DNA from: Octopus sinensis | Taxonomy: Eukaryota | DNA: 64,000 nucleotides | Direction of reading: 5' to 3' | NCBI RefSeq assembly: GCF_006345805.1 | Contig: NC_043012.1 | Location: 51,212,001-51,276,000, forward strand | Shown here: piece by piece, positions 1 to 14,891 of the stretch | How positions within the stretch are numbered: position 1 is the first letter of the stretch | How the letters are laid out: each line of letters starts with the position of its first letter | Notes under the pieces: generated by a model | Database searches by the model: none | What the model saw: the letters and a program-made list of their open reading frames with translations, nothing else | What the model was told of the DNA's origin: nothing | Program-made: the position numbers and the translations under genes

Positions 1-84
1 CACTTTCATCTGAATAAAACAAGTGTAAGAGAGTTAAAGTAAGCCAACCTGTTATAAATATTATACAAAAGAGGAATTACGTTT

Positions 85-248
85 ATATGTATGTCTGTAT
101 CTCAATATCTGTCTATCTTTGCATCTATTTATTTTGCTAAGTATTTCTGCTGAATGTATGTATATGTATGTATGCATTCATGTATGTATGAAGCTACGCA
201 TTTATGAATAGGCATATACATATATACATACACATACACATATACATT

Positions 249-293
<45 letters not shown>

Positions 294-500
294 TGTATGT
301 ATGGAGAGAAAGAGAGAATGACACACATCCATACATACATGTATACATAGACAGATAGATAGATTGATAGACAGATAGTCTGACAGACATAGACAGTCAG
401 ACAGACAGACAGACAGATAGATAGGTAGGTAGGTAGTAGGTAGGTAGGTAGGTAGGTAGGTAGGTAAGTAGGTAGGTAGGTACATATATACATACATACA
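85..500. repeat. Compound microsatellite field (TATG/TA/TAGA/CAGA/TAGG)
   Basis: Directly visible runs of tandem di- and tetranucleotides; explains the two low-complexity ORFs at 129-542. Confidence 0.95.
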
Positions 501-1703
501 TGTAATGACTAGGTAAACTCCTGTTGTCAGAATTCTAAACAAATTATTGTGTTAGATACATATACTACTATATATCGAGTGTTAAAAATTATATTTCTTC
601 ATCTGCTTAATTTTATAGCTTTCTATCTCTCTCCAGAATTTTACCAAGCGTTCTGTACTTTATTTACATAAGTATCTATCCGTTTATACATAAATACATT
701 TATGAATATTTTTATGTAATAATATGTGTGAAGTCATATATCGGTAATATGCCTTAATCCTTGGTTTATCCTCATTTTATGTTAGTCTTTTCTTACATCG
801 AAAATCAAACTCTTCTTAATATGACTGATTCACATTTATACATAAGAGACCATCACCTGTACTCTGCCTACATCGTTACAATATCATCTATTTAGTGTTG
901 AAATAAACAACATATATGCTGTCACCTACATATTTATGCTACTTATTTTGCTTGAAAATAAGACATACATGTACTTTAGCACATGCAGAAACAGTCGAAA
1001 ATATTCATGATTTGTAAATCTATACCAGCCTCAGACATCACAAAACTGAAGAAATCGACATGGAAACTGAAAGGAACGCTGTGATTTTTGACAAGATGCT
1101 ATTGGTGAAATGGTGTCTCCTGTTGATAGAATCAATGATGTTTGAATTAATGCATGATGTTCTTGCGTATCCAACAGCCAATTAGATTTTGTTTAATCCT
1201 CAAGTAGAATCTGCTATTTCTTCTGAAAGATAGAGGCTGGAAATTTTAAATAAAACTACGGTTCATTGGATTCGAGTTACAACACGTGTTATCTTCCGAA
1301 TTTCATTTATAAGGATCGCGTCTACACAAGTTATTGTTGAAATAATTGCCGAAGCAGCACATTACTTACCTACGGAACTATGCCTGGTACAATATTTCAC
1401 CGAACGATTCTTGTAAATTTTGGGATTGATCAATAATTTACTTTTACGAGGATTATCCTCAGCGTCTTTATTCATAACTCAGGGTTAATGAGCAGCACCA
1501 ATAATTCATTATAATATTATTATTCATACCTTAAGAACATAAGCTCCTGAAATATATTCTTTGCGTCCAATTTCAAAAAAATACACTCCTTATTAGTAAT
1601 AGTGCTTTTAAACACTTTCATTTTCTATGTTCTACTAAGTAGTTCACCCTCTCTCTTTTTAGTTACTCTTGAAATATTACTGAAATTCATATCATTTGTA
1701 TAT

Positions 1704-1902
1704 GTTAGCAGACAAGACGATATCTTGCTAAGCATTTCGTCCGTCACTACCTTCTGAGTTCAAATTCTGTCGAGGTCGTCCACCTTGCCTTTCATCCTTC
1801 GTGGTCGATAAAAGTAATAGTAATTGAAAATTGGGATGGATGTAATTGACATTTCTTCTACTCTGAACTTATTGGCCTTGTGCCAAACTTTGAAAACAAT
1901 AT
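1704..1902 (+). mobile_element. Degenerate tRNA-derived SINE, family 1
   Basis: Shares GCTAAGCATTTCGTCC...TTCTGAGTTCAAATTC..CGAGGTCG...GCCTTTCATCCT motifs with the reverse complement of copies at 18641-18802 and 20516-20750. Confidence 0.8.
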
Positions 1903-4900
1903 TTCATTATGGTGCATACAGTGTTTTGTTTAATGATACATATATCTAACACTGCATTATAAGGAACCATAATATATATTTTAGAGGAACATTATGTTCA
2001 TACTTATAGTCTTTCATAGAATCTAAAATTGAACATTTCCGTTGTGTTATATCATAAATATTCCACTCCCATTATTAATTAGGGCACTAATTTTGTTCAA
2101 CAAAATAAATCCTCACTTGTACGCAGATTCATTTGTATGTGAGTTGACTTCGCGTTTAACATAATCTTTATAGCTAACATATATTATATTCTGTACTAGT
2201 ATCTTGAAATTCTTAGTGTAAGAATTGTGTTTCTGTGAGATATATGTTTTACAAGAAGTGATAGGAACGAATTGTGCGGCTATTCTTCAATTGTTATATA
2301 ATATAACGTCATAAATTTGTTCCGTTATTACTAGATATCTCACGTTATGTTAAACGCCCACAATATTTTATAGAGATCAAGTTTGTAATGCCTCTCACCT
2401 GATATGTCATATGATATAATGTTTTCCATGCATTTTATAATTCATATCTTGGTACAATTAAGCAGAATCTATATTTACAACCAACGTTCAGCAAATTTAA
2501 ATACATCTCTTATTCCGCTAATGTAAAAATAAAATCTATAGCAAATACATTTACGTAAATTATGTATATCTCGTAAGTTTACAATACAATTTTTATGTAT
2601 ATGTAAATCATATAAATTTAAATATGTAAATCATATAAATTTAAATAGAATCTAGCAGGGATATGTGAATCATATCAATTAAAAGAGAATCATAATCCTG
2701 TAGCTATATTATATCTATCAATTTGATGGAATGATGCATATTCTTGTTATAGTTGAGGAATATGAGTCGTTGAACCGATTTAATGAAACGATAAACTAGC
2801 AGAGTCAGAGCTACATTTAAACGAAATATGCTATATAAGAGAGAAATTGCAAATTTCTTTTCTAGGCGTATGTAGCACTATGATTGAAGAGCTAAAATGT
2901 GATAAAAGGAGGAAATCATATAATGGTAAATTGTGCTAATATTTCTAATAATTTTCTAAAAAAATAATTCATACCAACACTTTATATTAAGAAGATATTT
3001 TCCGATTTCATTTCGTTTTTTTTTTTACATGAAAAATGTTTCAAGTGTTGTGTAGGTCATCTATATCGCCTATTATGCTATCAGTATCACTGATCACGAA
3101 ATGCATAAATGCATGTCTATGATACTAATCATGTGTCTGCAAATGTCGCTTGAAAAATTCCCATTTAAATAGTTTTAGACATTTTTTTAAAATCAACTCT
3201 TCAGGATCATTTATGGCACCATGGCTTTGCATAGACACGACTCGTTATGCAATTACTAATTCTTTTGCTATTGATTCATTCAATCAATGTTAAAAATTCC
3301 TAAAATAAAAGTCAGGAAATGAAATGTCTTAACCTGTTGTAAAATATATAATCTCGATTTTCCAGTGTACGACTTCAATTAATATCATAATACAATTATA
3401 GCTATAAACTTTAGCGCGTAGTTATTGGCAATTTTCTCATTTCTTTTTTTTTTTTCAATTTCTCATTTATTACTTCAATTTCTTAATTTTAAATTATTAT
3501 TAACTTTTTCGGAATGATATTAAATAACGAAAAGTAATGAATCTATTTCCAAGAGATTTGCTAATTATATTATTTATTATTGTTTTTAAGAAATTAATAT
3601 GATTTAAAATGTTACATTTGCAAAGGTTCTTATTTTTAGTTCATTTGGATATATGGCTGCTATTTAATAAGACTTATAATAGACTAAGTTTAAAATGGGG
3701 TTAGAACATGAGAAAAATATACTTATTGCTGTGTAGTTTATTGACATATTGCAAAGCGGAAAGTTGGAATACATCACATTGTAATATGAAAAATCAGTTA
3801 CCATGTAAGATATAGATGGCAAATCTAGATGAACATGTACGCATAAAAGGGATTATATAAGTTGTATACGATATAAAACAAAATAGATGTCCATGTTTCT
3901 AAGAGGAGGTATACTGATTCCCTTGCTTGAATCTGGAAAGCATTTGAAATAACCCACATGGTATTTTAATGTGTCGTAAAAAGAGACCCTGTAAAAGTCT
4001 TTCTAAGGTGCATTTTCAAAATCGGACATGTATACACTCTGCTTCCTCACTTATTGCATCACGATGCTCTTTCACACTCGAAATGCACTCGAAGTACGTC
4101 GCAGATTTAAAAAAAATGTAATATAATACATACAGCTAAATGAGCATAGGTAAAAGAGTCATCAATATATTTGTCACGTATAACTATAATTAAAAATCCC
4201 AGGAACACGTTCCTCTTTTAATATTTTCAATTTCAAATACTGTTTCGTTTGACTACTTGAGATTTTGTTTGGCATAAGACAACACGATTTAGAACTGATT
4301 AGCGTCTTTGGGAAATCATTACCCATAGATCCATTTCTATGATTCCCATAAAACTGTATTTCCCTATATAAGCTTCATTTATATACATTAGATTCAGTAA
4401 AAATAATATAAATCTATTTGTTTTAAAATCGTAACGACCTTAATTCGGAACTATAATTAGTAAACATGTGAACTCTGGTCTGCTTCGAATATATAAGAAA
4501 CTCGATAATAAATGAAATTTTCATAAAATTATATTTAATTGAAAAACATTTTACATTAAACGATTTCAAATATATCACTATGATATGATTATTTGAAGAT
4601 GGCAGAGATACGCACTGCATGCGTCTTCTCTATCAGACCATTTCAATATATTTCATATTATAGTAATGTATTTCAAATTTGATATTAAGATTATTAGCCT
4701 AGAGTAAAAACAGTAGACTTGCAAAAATTATTGATTTATTGCAATGTAGAGAAGAGCAATACCAAGCACCACAGTGTCTATATTTGTTTCTTGTAACGGT
4801 GTATGTTCAAATTTAAGAATAACTAAAGTGCCTTTCGATTTTTCTCCCATAATGTTTCATAAAGCTCGCAAATTATATTCACTCAATATAATCATCAGTC

Positions 4901-7286
4901 AGCTACATATGATTTACATATGATGTAAAGAATCTAGAGAGCATTGGTCGTAGACGTCATAATAACTGATCCATAATATAAGTGTTCTGTTGTTTCGTTT
5001 CTTAAGTACTGAATAGTTGTTATATTGCAGATAAGTACTGAATAGTGTTATATTGCAGATACACGTAGCGACTTATAAGAACGAATTATTCTAGAAATCG
5101 CTGTTATAAGTTTCACCAAATAAACGAACAGATACACCATTTTGTTTTTATGGTGAAAATTGCATTTTGAGTGCCGCCCTTACAAACCAATAGAATAGGG
5201 AAAAACGTAGAAGCCTGCATATGATAATGGAATCTGCTGAAAATAAAAAACATATCTCTTTTAAATGACAATATTACTTAAATGATTGATCACATGATAC
5301 CCAGCGTACACTTTCGAGAAGTTAGAAATAATTCACACTTACTTGAAACCACGTAGGGATGTGGTTTCAAAAAGGACAGTACTAGATAAAACCTTGGCAC
5401 TTGTTGCCAAAAAAGGTGAGGTCTAAGAAGTAGATGTTCATGACACGAATTAAAATCTTTATATTTTATTTGATTAGAACTGATGTGGAACTAAAGACCT
5501 TCAACACCAGTTAATATATTTATAGCATCTCTATTTATTCTTAATGCTGCATTTTGACAGTTTACAACCCTCGGTCAATGGTTGTATGCACCCATCCACA
5601 CAAATATATAAATATTTGTAAATATTTATTATTCTTTTGATTTAAGTTTGGTAAATGGCTGATTTGTCAGAGGGCAAAGCAAAAACAACTTGTGGCGTTT
5701 GGCTCAATCTATGCGCGCAAATTTCAAGTTCTACTGAGATAAACTTTGATATTCATCCATTCGAAGTCGGTAATAGAATTTACCAATACATGTTTGTGGA
5801 TTGCTGGTATTGATTGATGATCACGTATGCTGCTTTGTGCTATTTGTTCTGCTCATTGTGTTTTGTGTCTGGGGTGAAAGATGTAAGAGGGATATCAGGT
5901 CCGTGGGAGACTGTAGCGGATTTGCGTGAGTTTTAAGAATCTGTTTGAGGCACTTGTTTTAAAGAAAACCTCCTTCCTTGTCTCTTCAACATTCAAAGCC
6001 CTGAAGAAACCAATTAGCATAAGAACAATTATTCTCTCCTTGACTAAATATTAAATATGTCCTGTTTCTTCCAAATATGAGAATTATAATTTCTATACAT
6101 TCCTAGATATAAAAAAAAACAAAGGCGTTATTCAACACATGCGACAGTATATTATATACTATAACAGATTTACCTCTGAATTATATCGTCAAGTATGTGT
6201 ATTAGTAAATTCCTATCTCGACGTATAAGCCCTCTCTTAGAGTGGGCTGATTATAGACTTTGTAATTAATGCCTTTTAAATATTAATTACGAACTCAAGT
6301 GAATTTGCATTATAATCGATATCGCTTCCTTTACACCTCCTAAAATAAAAGCATAACCGTCACTGCTCAGATGAGATCTAATCATTTGAATGACATTACT
6401 GCGGGCATTTAATGGAAGAAACAGTGTACTGTGCGATTATATAATTTGGCTCAATTATAATATCATCGTATTTATTTTTGGTTTTGTTTTTCTTATGCAA
6501 ATGAACGTAAATTCATTTGTGTCATAAAAATTAACAGAGATAGGTTTCGAGTAAAACTGTGTATGTTAATATAAGTTCGTGTAACATGAGTAATTGATTG
6601 TGTATATGTGTAACAATTCTACAAGATATAGGACACGAAGTATCCGGTTCTAATACTGCCAAACATCAAGCGATCCTGACGACCAACTTTTACAGTTGAT
6701 CATGATACGATTGCACGACGGGTTGAATTCCTCGAGAGAAAATAAACGTAAGGCACTCAAACTACCAGCTACCCTATTGTGTAAGTAAAATATAGACTGT
6801 ATAAAGTAAACTAAGATACATAGGAAAAGATATACTGGCACGCATCTAATTCTGACCTTTGGCTTTCCGCACCTAAGAGTAGGAGAACCCAAATAAAAAC
6901 AACAAAAACTGACGGGCAAACGCCGTTACACGTTTTGAGAACCCATTAAAAATCAACGCAATGACCTGACTTGGACACACATAAGTAGACACACCTAATT
7001 ACAAATTTCTACATCCATGAATGAATTATGAACAGTAGCACACCCCAAACTTAATGAATAAATTTTTTCCATAACACTTCTCCATCAAAACTTACCCTGC
7101 GACCTGATAATCATTCAACACCGCCTTATCCGGAATATTTAACTCAAATTTTGCACAATCGACATCACTCTCAATGCTTTCCCCGTTCAAGTATGATTTT
7201 GTACTCGAAAAAGAATACAGAGTAATCCTTCACTTTAATGTAAAAATATTTTCATTTTAATTTGACATAAAATACATGCATTAATA

Positions 7287-7326
<40 letters not shown>

Positions 7327-8124
7327 CATGTATGTATGTGTGTATGTATAAAGGAAGCAAATATATAATGCGTGCATGTGTCTATATCCTGCGTTCCGTT
7401 AGAAATTGCTTATATTCATATCTGTGCGTATCGGTGTCTGTTTAAATAAAAAGACATAAAGAGAAAGTGGAGCAAGGCAGCGTCGCTTTCTCTCCTTCTC
7501 TCTCTGTATTCACGTTCGAATAAATACTTGCCATGCGTCGGTGAGTATTTATCCGAATGTGATCGAGACATACACAATCAAACAGACTTCAAAAGAGGAA
7601 AAATGTATGCAAAGACATCATATCTGAATATATATATATGTGTGTGTATGTATGTCTGTGCGTGCGTGCGTACATGTGTATATAAGACTATGTCTGGTGT
7701 TGAGTGAGCATTTATGACCGAATTTGTGAAATATATACTATACCATAAAGCATATTTGTATATAATAGTCAAACATAACGAATATTTACATTACATGAAA
7801 AGGAAACGAATAAAACGGTTGATATTTGATTCCAAAATGGATCAAAACCTCCTTGAGGCAATATTTTCCATAAATAAATATGTAAACATCTAAGAAAATG
7901 TGTGTGTGTCTGTTTGTGCTTATGTGTGTGTGTGTGTGTGTGTTTGTATGTGTATGTGTGTGTGTATGTCTGAATATACACATATATATATATATATATA
8001 TGTGTGTGTGTATATGTCGATGCGCATATATATATAAATATAGAGACATACATATACACACACACATATAAATATACATACATATATACATACGTATGTA
8101 TGTATATATCTACATAATATATAA

Positions 8125-8163
<39 letters not shown>

Positions 8164-8917
8164 TATAAATACATATATATATATATCAATATATATATAG
8201 GTATGTATATATATATATATATATTATATATATATATACACATGTACACAAACATATGCTTTTGTTTGTATACAAACTCATACGTAGAAACTCACGCACC
8301 CAAATATTATTTATATATGTATATATACATACTTACTTCATTTTCAGAGAAAAATTTGGCAACACCTTTATTCGTATTTGTGCGGCTAAATAACAGTCTT
8401 TTGTTCTGTCGACTGGAAACGACACGCCACTGGCAAAGAAACGGTCGCTTTTTAATAACAAATTGACCAAAGTCAGGGACTTCGATACCGTCTTACGTTA
8501 CTAGTACACGAACTAAAGTCGTTTCATTGTTTCCAGCTTAAAGCCTCAGGAAATAGTGGTAGCTTATTGCAAACTAGAGACCCCATAATTTGTAACCAAC
8601 ATCGCAGACAACATTTTCGTTGTATGGGCGATTGGCAATACTCCGAGATTTTTTACAAGATATATTGCATTTGTAATAAATAGTATTTCTCTTTTCTTGT
8701 CAATTTTGTATGCAATATTAGTTATGTCTTGTATTTAGTGAGTTAGTCTAAAATTTTGGACTTGTTCCATTTTAATATACACGTGCATACATGTACTTTA
8801 TATGCATATACATACTCACAAACATATATATTTGCAAGTTAATATATGTATATACGTATATGAATTTACACGTATATACATATACATATATGCATATATA
8901 TGCTTTTATATTATCCT

Positions 8918-8948
<31 letters not shown>

Positions 8949-8949
8949 C

Positions 8950-9029
<80 letters not shown>

Positions 9030-10612
9030 ATCCATGCCGTTCACTGTAACTGTAGATCTATTTGAGATGTAAAAAAGAGAAAGTGCATTGGGGAAGAGGA
9101 ACTGAGTTAGTGCTATATGTGTTTGTGTGTGTCTGTGTGCGTAGGTGTGTATGTGGAACGAGAGGAAGGGAAGGAAAAAAAGAAAGAGGAAACGGATAAA
9201 AAAAAGTATATAAGGAACAAAACTAATACACAAAATATATCGAAACGCAGAATGAAACCGATACTAAATATGCGCTGGGACATATATGTATAAAGAGACA
9301 CACACACACAGGCGTATGCACATATATACACATATAAATATATATACATATATATGCATACATTGATGCACATATATTCATACACACCCAAGATCAATCA
9401 CGCATAACATCATCTATTTTCCTTCTCTTTCTCTCTCTCTCTCGCTCTCTATCTATCTATCTATCTACCTACATACATATAACCACGCATGGATATATAT
9501 ATATTCCTAACGGCATTTAACATGATTGCATATATCTTATCAATAAATCTCATCAATATATCGAAATATATAGAGAATTTTTAACGTTTTCTAATATAAC
9601 ATATCTATCCTAAGTGAATGCAGGCGACTGTTACACATCGTAAAGTAAATTATATATTAATTATGTGGACACATATGCGCTTATGATTGACAAATATTAG
9701 TTATGAATTTCTGCAAGTGACCTGTTCCGAACCCAAGAAGTACTTAAGCGAAGCTATAGTGAAACTTCGTTGACAACCAGCGACTATTGATATTCCAAAC
9801 ATTTGCGAGTAGAGAGTCAGCATGTCGGACGTACCAATAATAATTATATTAATACAACGAATCGACGGCCCTTAATTACACTCGAGAAAATAGCCGTTTC
9901 TTCATATATACAATTCAGTTTACAGAAATATTTAAAGAAACGACTTCGAGCAAAATATTTGAATCTGCTCCGTACCTGTAATATTGGCGATAAGGTGCTG
10001 TAACGCAATATAATAGTCAGTGTAAGGGGCAAAATGTTTTTCTTAAAGATATTTTATTTTTAACCAAACTGATCTTATAAATATTTTGAGAAGAGAAATT
10101 TAACATCTTTCAAGTGTGGAATAAAAACAGATACAAGGATATGAGGCATGGTGTTCAAAAGATTAAGCAGAAGCCATTTTCTGCTGAAGTCGGCTATGGT
10201 TGTTTTGCTGGAAGCGAAGTGTACTACTTCTAGAAGAAAAGAAAAATGAAAAAGACGTCGCAGCTGATATCAGAAAATTTTGATTCTGGATGAGGAGATA
10301 TATCGGAACGCTTTTATTGTAGTTTTCTCAGCTGCTTTGAGGTAAAGCGCAAAGGCAAATTGTCCGCATACCTGTTACTATCTAAAATATACAATGATAT
10401 AAATGAATGTGTTTTGGGCAGGATAAAGTTTAAGACTTTACAATATGTTGAAATTGTTCCAACAATCTGTTCTAGCGATTATACATCACTGGTATTACAT
10501 CTCTCGCTCTTTCTCTCTCTCTCTCACACACACACACATGCGCATATACACACACACACACACACACTCACATGCGCAAACACACACACACATATATATA
10601 TATATGTATGTA

Positions 10613-11484
10613 TATTGGGGTACTAAAAAATGTAATGGGAAATTTGCATTATTATTTTATTTGCACTTTTATCGCCTTCAAAATTTTCTTCATTTCAAGC
10701 AATACATGGGTCCAAACGCGCTGTCCTCTCCTCGAAGCTGTACTAGACTCTTGCAAAGTGATGTCTTTTAAAGTCCCTATCGGTTTTTTCATCGCTTCTT
10801 CCATATCTTCAAATTCCGTAGCACCAGCTTTCGTCACCAGTGATGACTTGCGAAAGAAGGTCCGTTTCAAATTTCAACTCTTCGTTCAGTTCCCGACACA
10901 CCTTCAATCGTGATTGTTTTTGATTTTCCATAAGCAAGTGAGGCACAAATTTAGCTGCAACTCTCTTCATTCGATATTCCTCCCTGAAAATTGGTTTACG
11001 GGAGTTCCAGGACATAGCAGTTTTATCAACAATTTCGTCAATAATGAGGTGACGATCCTCATGAATTTTTATGATGTTTACATTCGTTAGGGAGGTGTAG
11101 GGACGCCCTGAATGGGGCTGGTCTTCAAGCGACATGTGACCTTTCTAAAGCCTGAAAACCACACGTAAACTTGTTTGGATCTTGGCAGCGTCCTTGAAAA
11201 CTGTTAGAAACTTGACAACTTTCGGGGGCCGTTTTCCTCAGCAGAAAACAATTCCACAGACATACGCTGTTCCTTCGTTACAGCCATCGCAAAAGTGGTC
11301 GAACAGGGAATAATTCCTGCAAAGCAAAGTCATCTCACGTAGCAGTAGGACTACACAGAACGGCACCGGTCAGCAGACTGATGCCTGAAGATCGCATGAA
11401 GTGACTTCTAGCAGTGGAAGCCTGAACTACAACGGGCTTGTCCCACAGTGAACGTTTCTGGTTACTTTTGGGTACCTCTTCGTA
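10613..11484 (-). mobile_element. Internally deleted mariner (DD34D-type) transposon, ~870 bp
   Basis: Minus strand encodes MSLEDQPHSGRP...VAAKFVPHLL...VITGDESWCYG, then jumps to the C-terminal helix region. ~30-bp imperfect TIRs (TACGAAGAGGTACCCAAAAGTAACCAGAAA vs TATTGGGGTACTAAAAAATGTAATGGGAAA) with TA ends. Confidence 0.9.
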
Positions 11485-12000
11485 TAAATTTATTAATATA
11501 CATATGTAATGGTCGATTTCCCTATGGTCCAGTTGTTTTAACATCGGCTTACAAGAAAAAGTGTTTACTGTATTCTAACGTCGAATCAGTATGAGGAATG
11601 TCTAAAAGGTTACACATTTGAACTATACCTATGGTTTATATATTCGTCTTCTATAGAAATTTCCTCTCCCCGTAGTCATTTGCATTTCCTGGATTGACAC
11701 ACTCATCGAAAATGTAACGCAGGGAAAATAAACAGAGATCTCTAAAAAAATAATTAAAACATTTAGCCATAACTGTATCTACAATACACGCTTTAACTCA
11801 TAAACAAAGCAGACATATATACGGGTTTTGTTGCAAGTTTAATGCAAATGTGGACCTATCTGATTTTCTAATTTAGATGGATACAATTGTACTTGCTTTC
11901 TTCCATATAAAATAGCATTCAACATAGTGTAGATTCCATCAGAAAAGTTTTTTTTAACTTTTGCATCATCACTGAACTCAGACACCAAAATATTTCAAAT

Positions 12001-12214
12001 ACTGATTTCAAATTTTCGTACAAGGTAAATAACGTCATGGGAGAGTGTTAGCTGACTGCATCAAAAGTAGTACTTCAATGGTACTTATTTTATTCTCCCC
12101 AAAACGTCGAGAGGAAAATTTGACCACGGTGGAATTTGAAATCAGAACATGAAGACAGGTGAAATGACATCAAGCATTTCGTCCGATGTGTCATCGACTC
12201 TTCTAACCCGTCGC
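12001..12214 (-). mobile_element. Degenerate SINE, family 1
   Basis: GGTACTTATTTTAT...GGTGGAATTTGAAATCAGAAC...GCATTTCGTCCG matches the intact copy at 20516-20750. Confidence 0.7.
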
Positions 12215-12762
12215 TTTACACCCTTTCAAACATTACCGGTTGATGCACCCTTGTTTTACGCACATCTATACAACGAGGAATACAACTTCGTATTTTCTTC
12301 TCATCTGCATCAATAACTGTTTGTCTCATATTTTTTTAACTGAATAGCTGAACATAAGTGTCACACTCGTGTTTTTCATAGGGTCGTTTTCAGTTTATTT
12401 GTTCGGTGTCATTCTGGTGGCTTTCCAATGACTTTTAAGTGTCCCAATGAACCGCTTCCTGCTCACATTATTGCTACTTCCTAGAAAAGAAGGTGATGAT
12501 TTCACATTTTATACCAAATAGAAAAATATTTAACAAAATTTTCAGCAAGAGTCGCTATCTGTTGATCACGTGAGAAATGTGATGACATTTCAGGGACGGC
12601 CATTTCCTCTCTGGACAATATACATACCGATACACTTGTCTTAAGATGGGAAATGGAATAAAACTCGTGACCTATATGTCTTCAAATGCTTCAAGAACAG
12701 CAGAATCCCTCATTTCCCTCCTTCAAATCGGGAATCACGCATGCACAAAGTTTTGATAACAA

Positions 12763-12921
12763 ACGATATTTCGTCCGGGTTTACGTTGTGTGCGGAAATT
12801 CCACTGGGGTCGACTTTGCCATTCATTCTTTCAGGCTCGATCGATAAAATAGTCCTTAGTTGTAATCGTCTTACCAAAACACTCCGAAATTGTTGGGCTT
12901 GTGCTAAAATCTGAAACCAAT
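12763..12921 (+). mobile_element. Degenerate SINE, family 1
   Basis: ATTTCGTCC...GGGGTCGACTTTGCCATTCATTCTTTC...GGGCTTGTGCTAAAATCTGAAACCAAT, homologous to 1704-1902. Confidence 0.7.
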
Positions 12922-14399
12922 GTATTATACATATATATATGCGTGTGTGTGTGTGTGTATGTTAAATGCGAATATTTTGGCCACACAAAGAAGCATACCG
13001 CTATACAGTTTATGAACTTTTTTTGTTAATTTAAAATAATAAATTTTTTTTATGATTTGATATATGTAAATAAAAATCACTTTCAGTCATGAATGTTAAC
13101 TGTAAAAATTCTGAAGATTTATCGAGCAAGTCTTAATGCTTAAACGCCAATATTGATTTCTAAAACACATTCATAGCCAATTATTTCGAAGAAGAATATT
13201 CCTGATCACAAAATATCAAATTTCGGAAATCCACATGGTTCAATAATTCTACGTATGGCATAATCCAAAACAATATAGTATTTATTAAGAATAACTTACG
13301 TATTTATTAATTAATTTTAGTTATCTTCTCAGATTTCATCAGCATTGTAAGTACTAGCTTCAAGCCGTTGATGTTCACACATTGTAATAAATTATCATCG
13401 TTGTTGTATATATAAAAACTAGTATCCTAAGTAAAAATCTGCATTGTTCTCTCATATTGAAATGCAAATCATTCAATTTGCATTCAGCATCTAAATATAA
13501 AATTTTATCAACTGATTCACAGTTTTCATATCGTTTTTTATAATGCTGTACATCGTAGCATAGATACAGATATATACTGGGAACGTTATTTATCAGAATA
13601 TACGTACCAATAGACGCAAACTATTCCCATATAATTTGAGATTTGTTCTAAGTATAGAATGGTTTATTTGTGAAGTGATACATATTGCTTATAAAATTCA
13701 ACGTCATTGAAATTATATTCACGTCTGCTGTCGGATTTGTGTGCTTAATATCTTTTCTTTTAGTTTAACATAGTCATACCTTAAGCTAAGAGTTTTATTG
13801 AAACATCAAAACATTGCTTAATTGAAGACATAGGAAATATTTGACAAATCAAAATCAAAAATTGCATTCTTAATTAAAGCCGAAAACTAAATCAAGCTAT
13901 AAAAATCATCTGTATATTGGAAAGAGGTAAAACACAAATAGAATATACTGTAAATATACACAAAGACATCATGAAATCTGCAGTTAAAATTCAATTTAAA
14001 AATGGAATTCCTATTTACAAGAAAGGTATATTTTTGTGAGATATTTCCAAATGACTGAGAGCGATTAATAAGCAATACATGACATTGAAATCTATTCAGA
14101 AGCAAAGTAAATGCTTGAAATCAATATAACAGTTTTCAAAATAAATTAATATAAAATCAGACAGATGCTTGAAATAAAATATAAATATAGGTAGAAATTA
14201 ATTAAATTAAACGTTATCTACCAAATGGCCTGCAGATAGTGTTTATAATTATCTACGAGAGGAAAAACTCACTTTTATTAAATTAATATCAAGTAAAATG
14301 GAAATAATTAATAGGATTTAAAACACTTAGGAACATTTTGAAATATATTGCCTCTATGAGAAAAAAAAGAGTTACAATATGGGAAGCACTGTTCTGTTG

Positions 14400-14517
14400 A
14401 ATATTGTTGTTTTTATTATTAGTAATATTAATATTAAAAGTATTATCACTATCATCATCGTTATCATTATTATTTTTGTTATTATTCTCATCACCATCAT
14501 TATTATTATTATTATTG

Positions 14518-14600
<83 letters not shown>
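14400..14600. repeat. (ATT)n microsatellite with degenerate flank
   Basis: Visible ATT tandem array; source of poly-I/L/N/Y ORFs. Confidence 0.95.
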
Positions 14601-14601
<1 letters not shown>

Positions 14602-14854
14602 GGCATTGTAATATGTCTAGTTTACAACTTCTGTGCAACAAAACAAGAATTATGCCAAACAAGTAGCAAAAATAAATAAACTAATAAAATGTTTTCTGTG
14701 TTGCCACTAGATTACTCGTCATAATAGAAAGAACTGAAATGTAAACATAGTCAGGTTTTCAATTGGAGAAATTTTCATTTTAACTATTTTGAAAATAAAA
14801 AGAATAAAACAATGGAGAGAGCATATATCCACTTATCTTGCCAATGTATATGTG

Positions 14855-14891
<37 letters not shown>

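Noticed and set aside
1370-1547. Minus-strand ATG...AG/GTAAGT segment (MNKDAEDNPRKSKLLINPKIYKNRSVKYCTRHSSV) and a 17-nt micro-exon candidate
   Set aside because: Only splice-like hexamers support it; peptide unrecognised; all frames across the larger candidate exon are closed.
9690-10030. Higher-complexity stretch with peptide DLFRTQEVLKRSYSETSLTTSDY* and short ORFs on both strands
   Set aside because: No convincing donor/acceptor pair or recognisable domain; cannot be supported without expression data.
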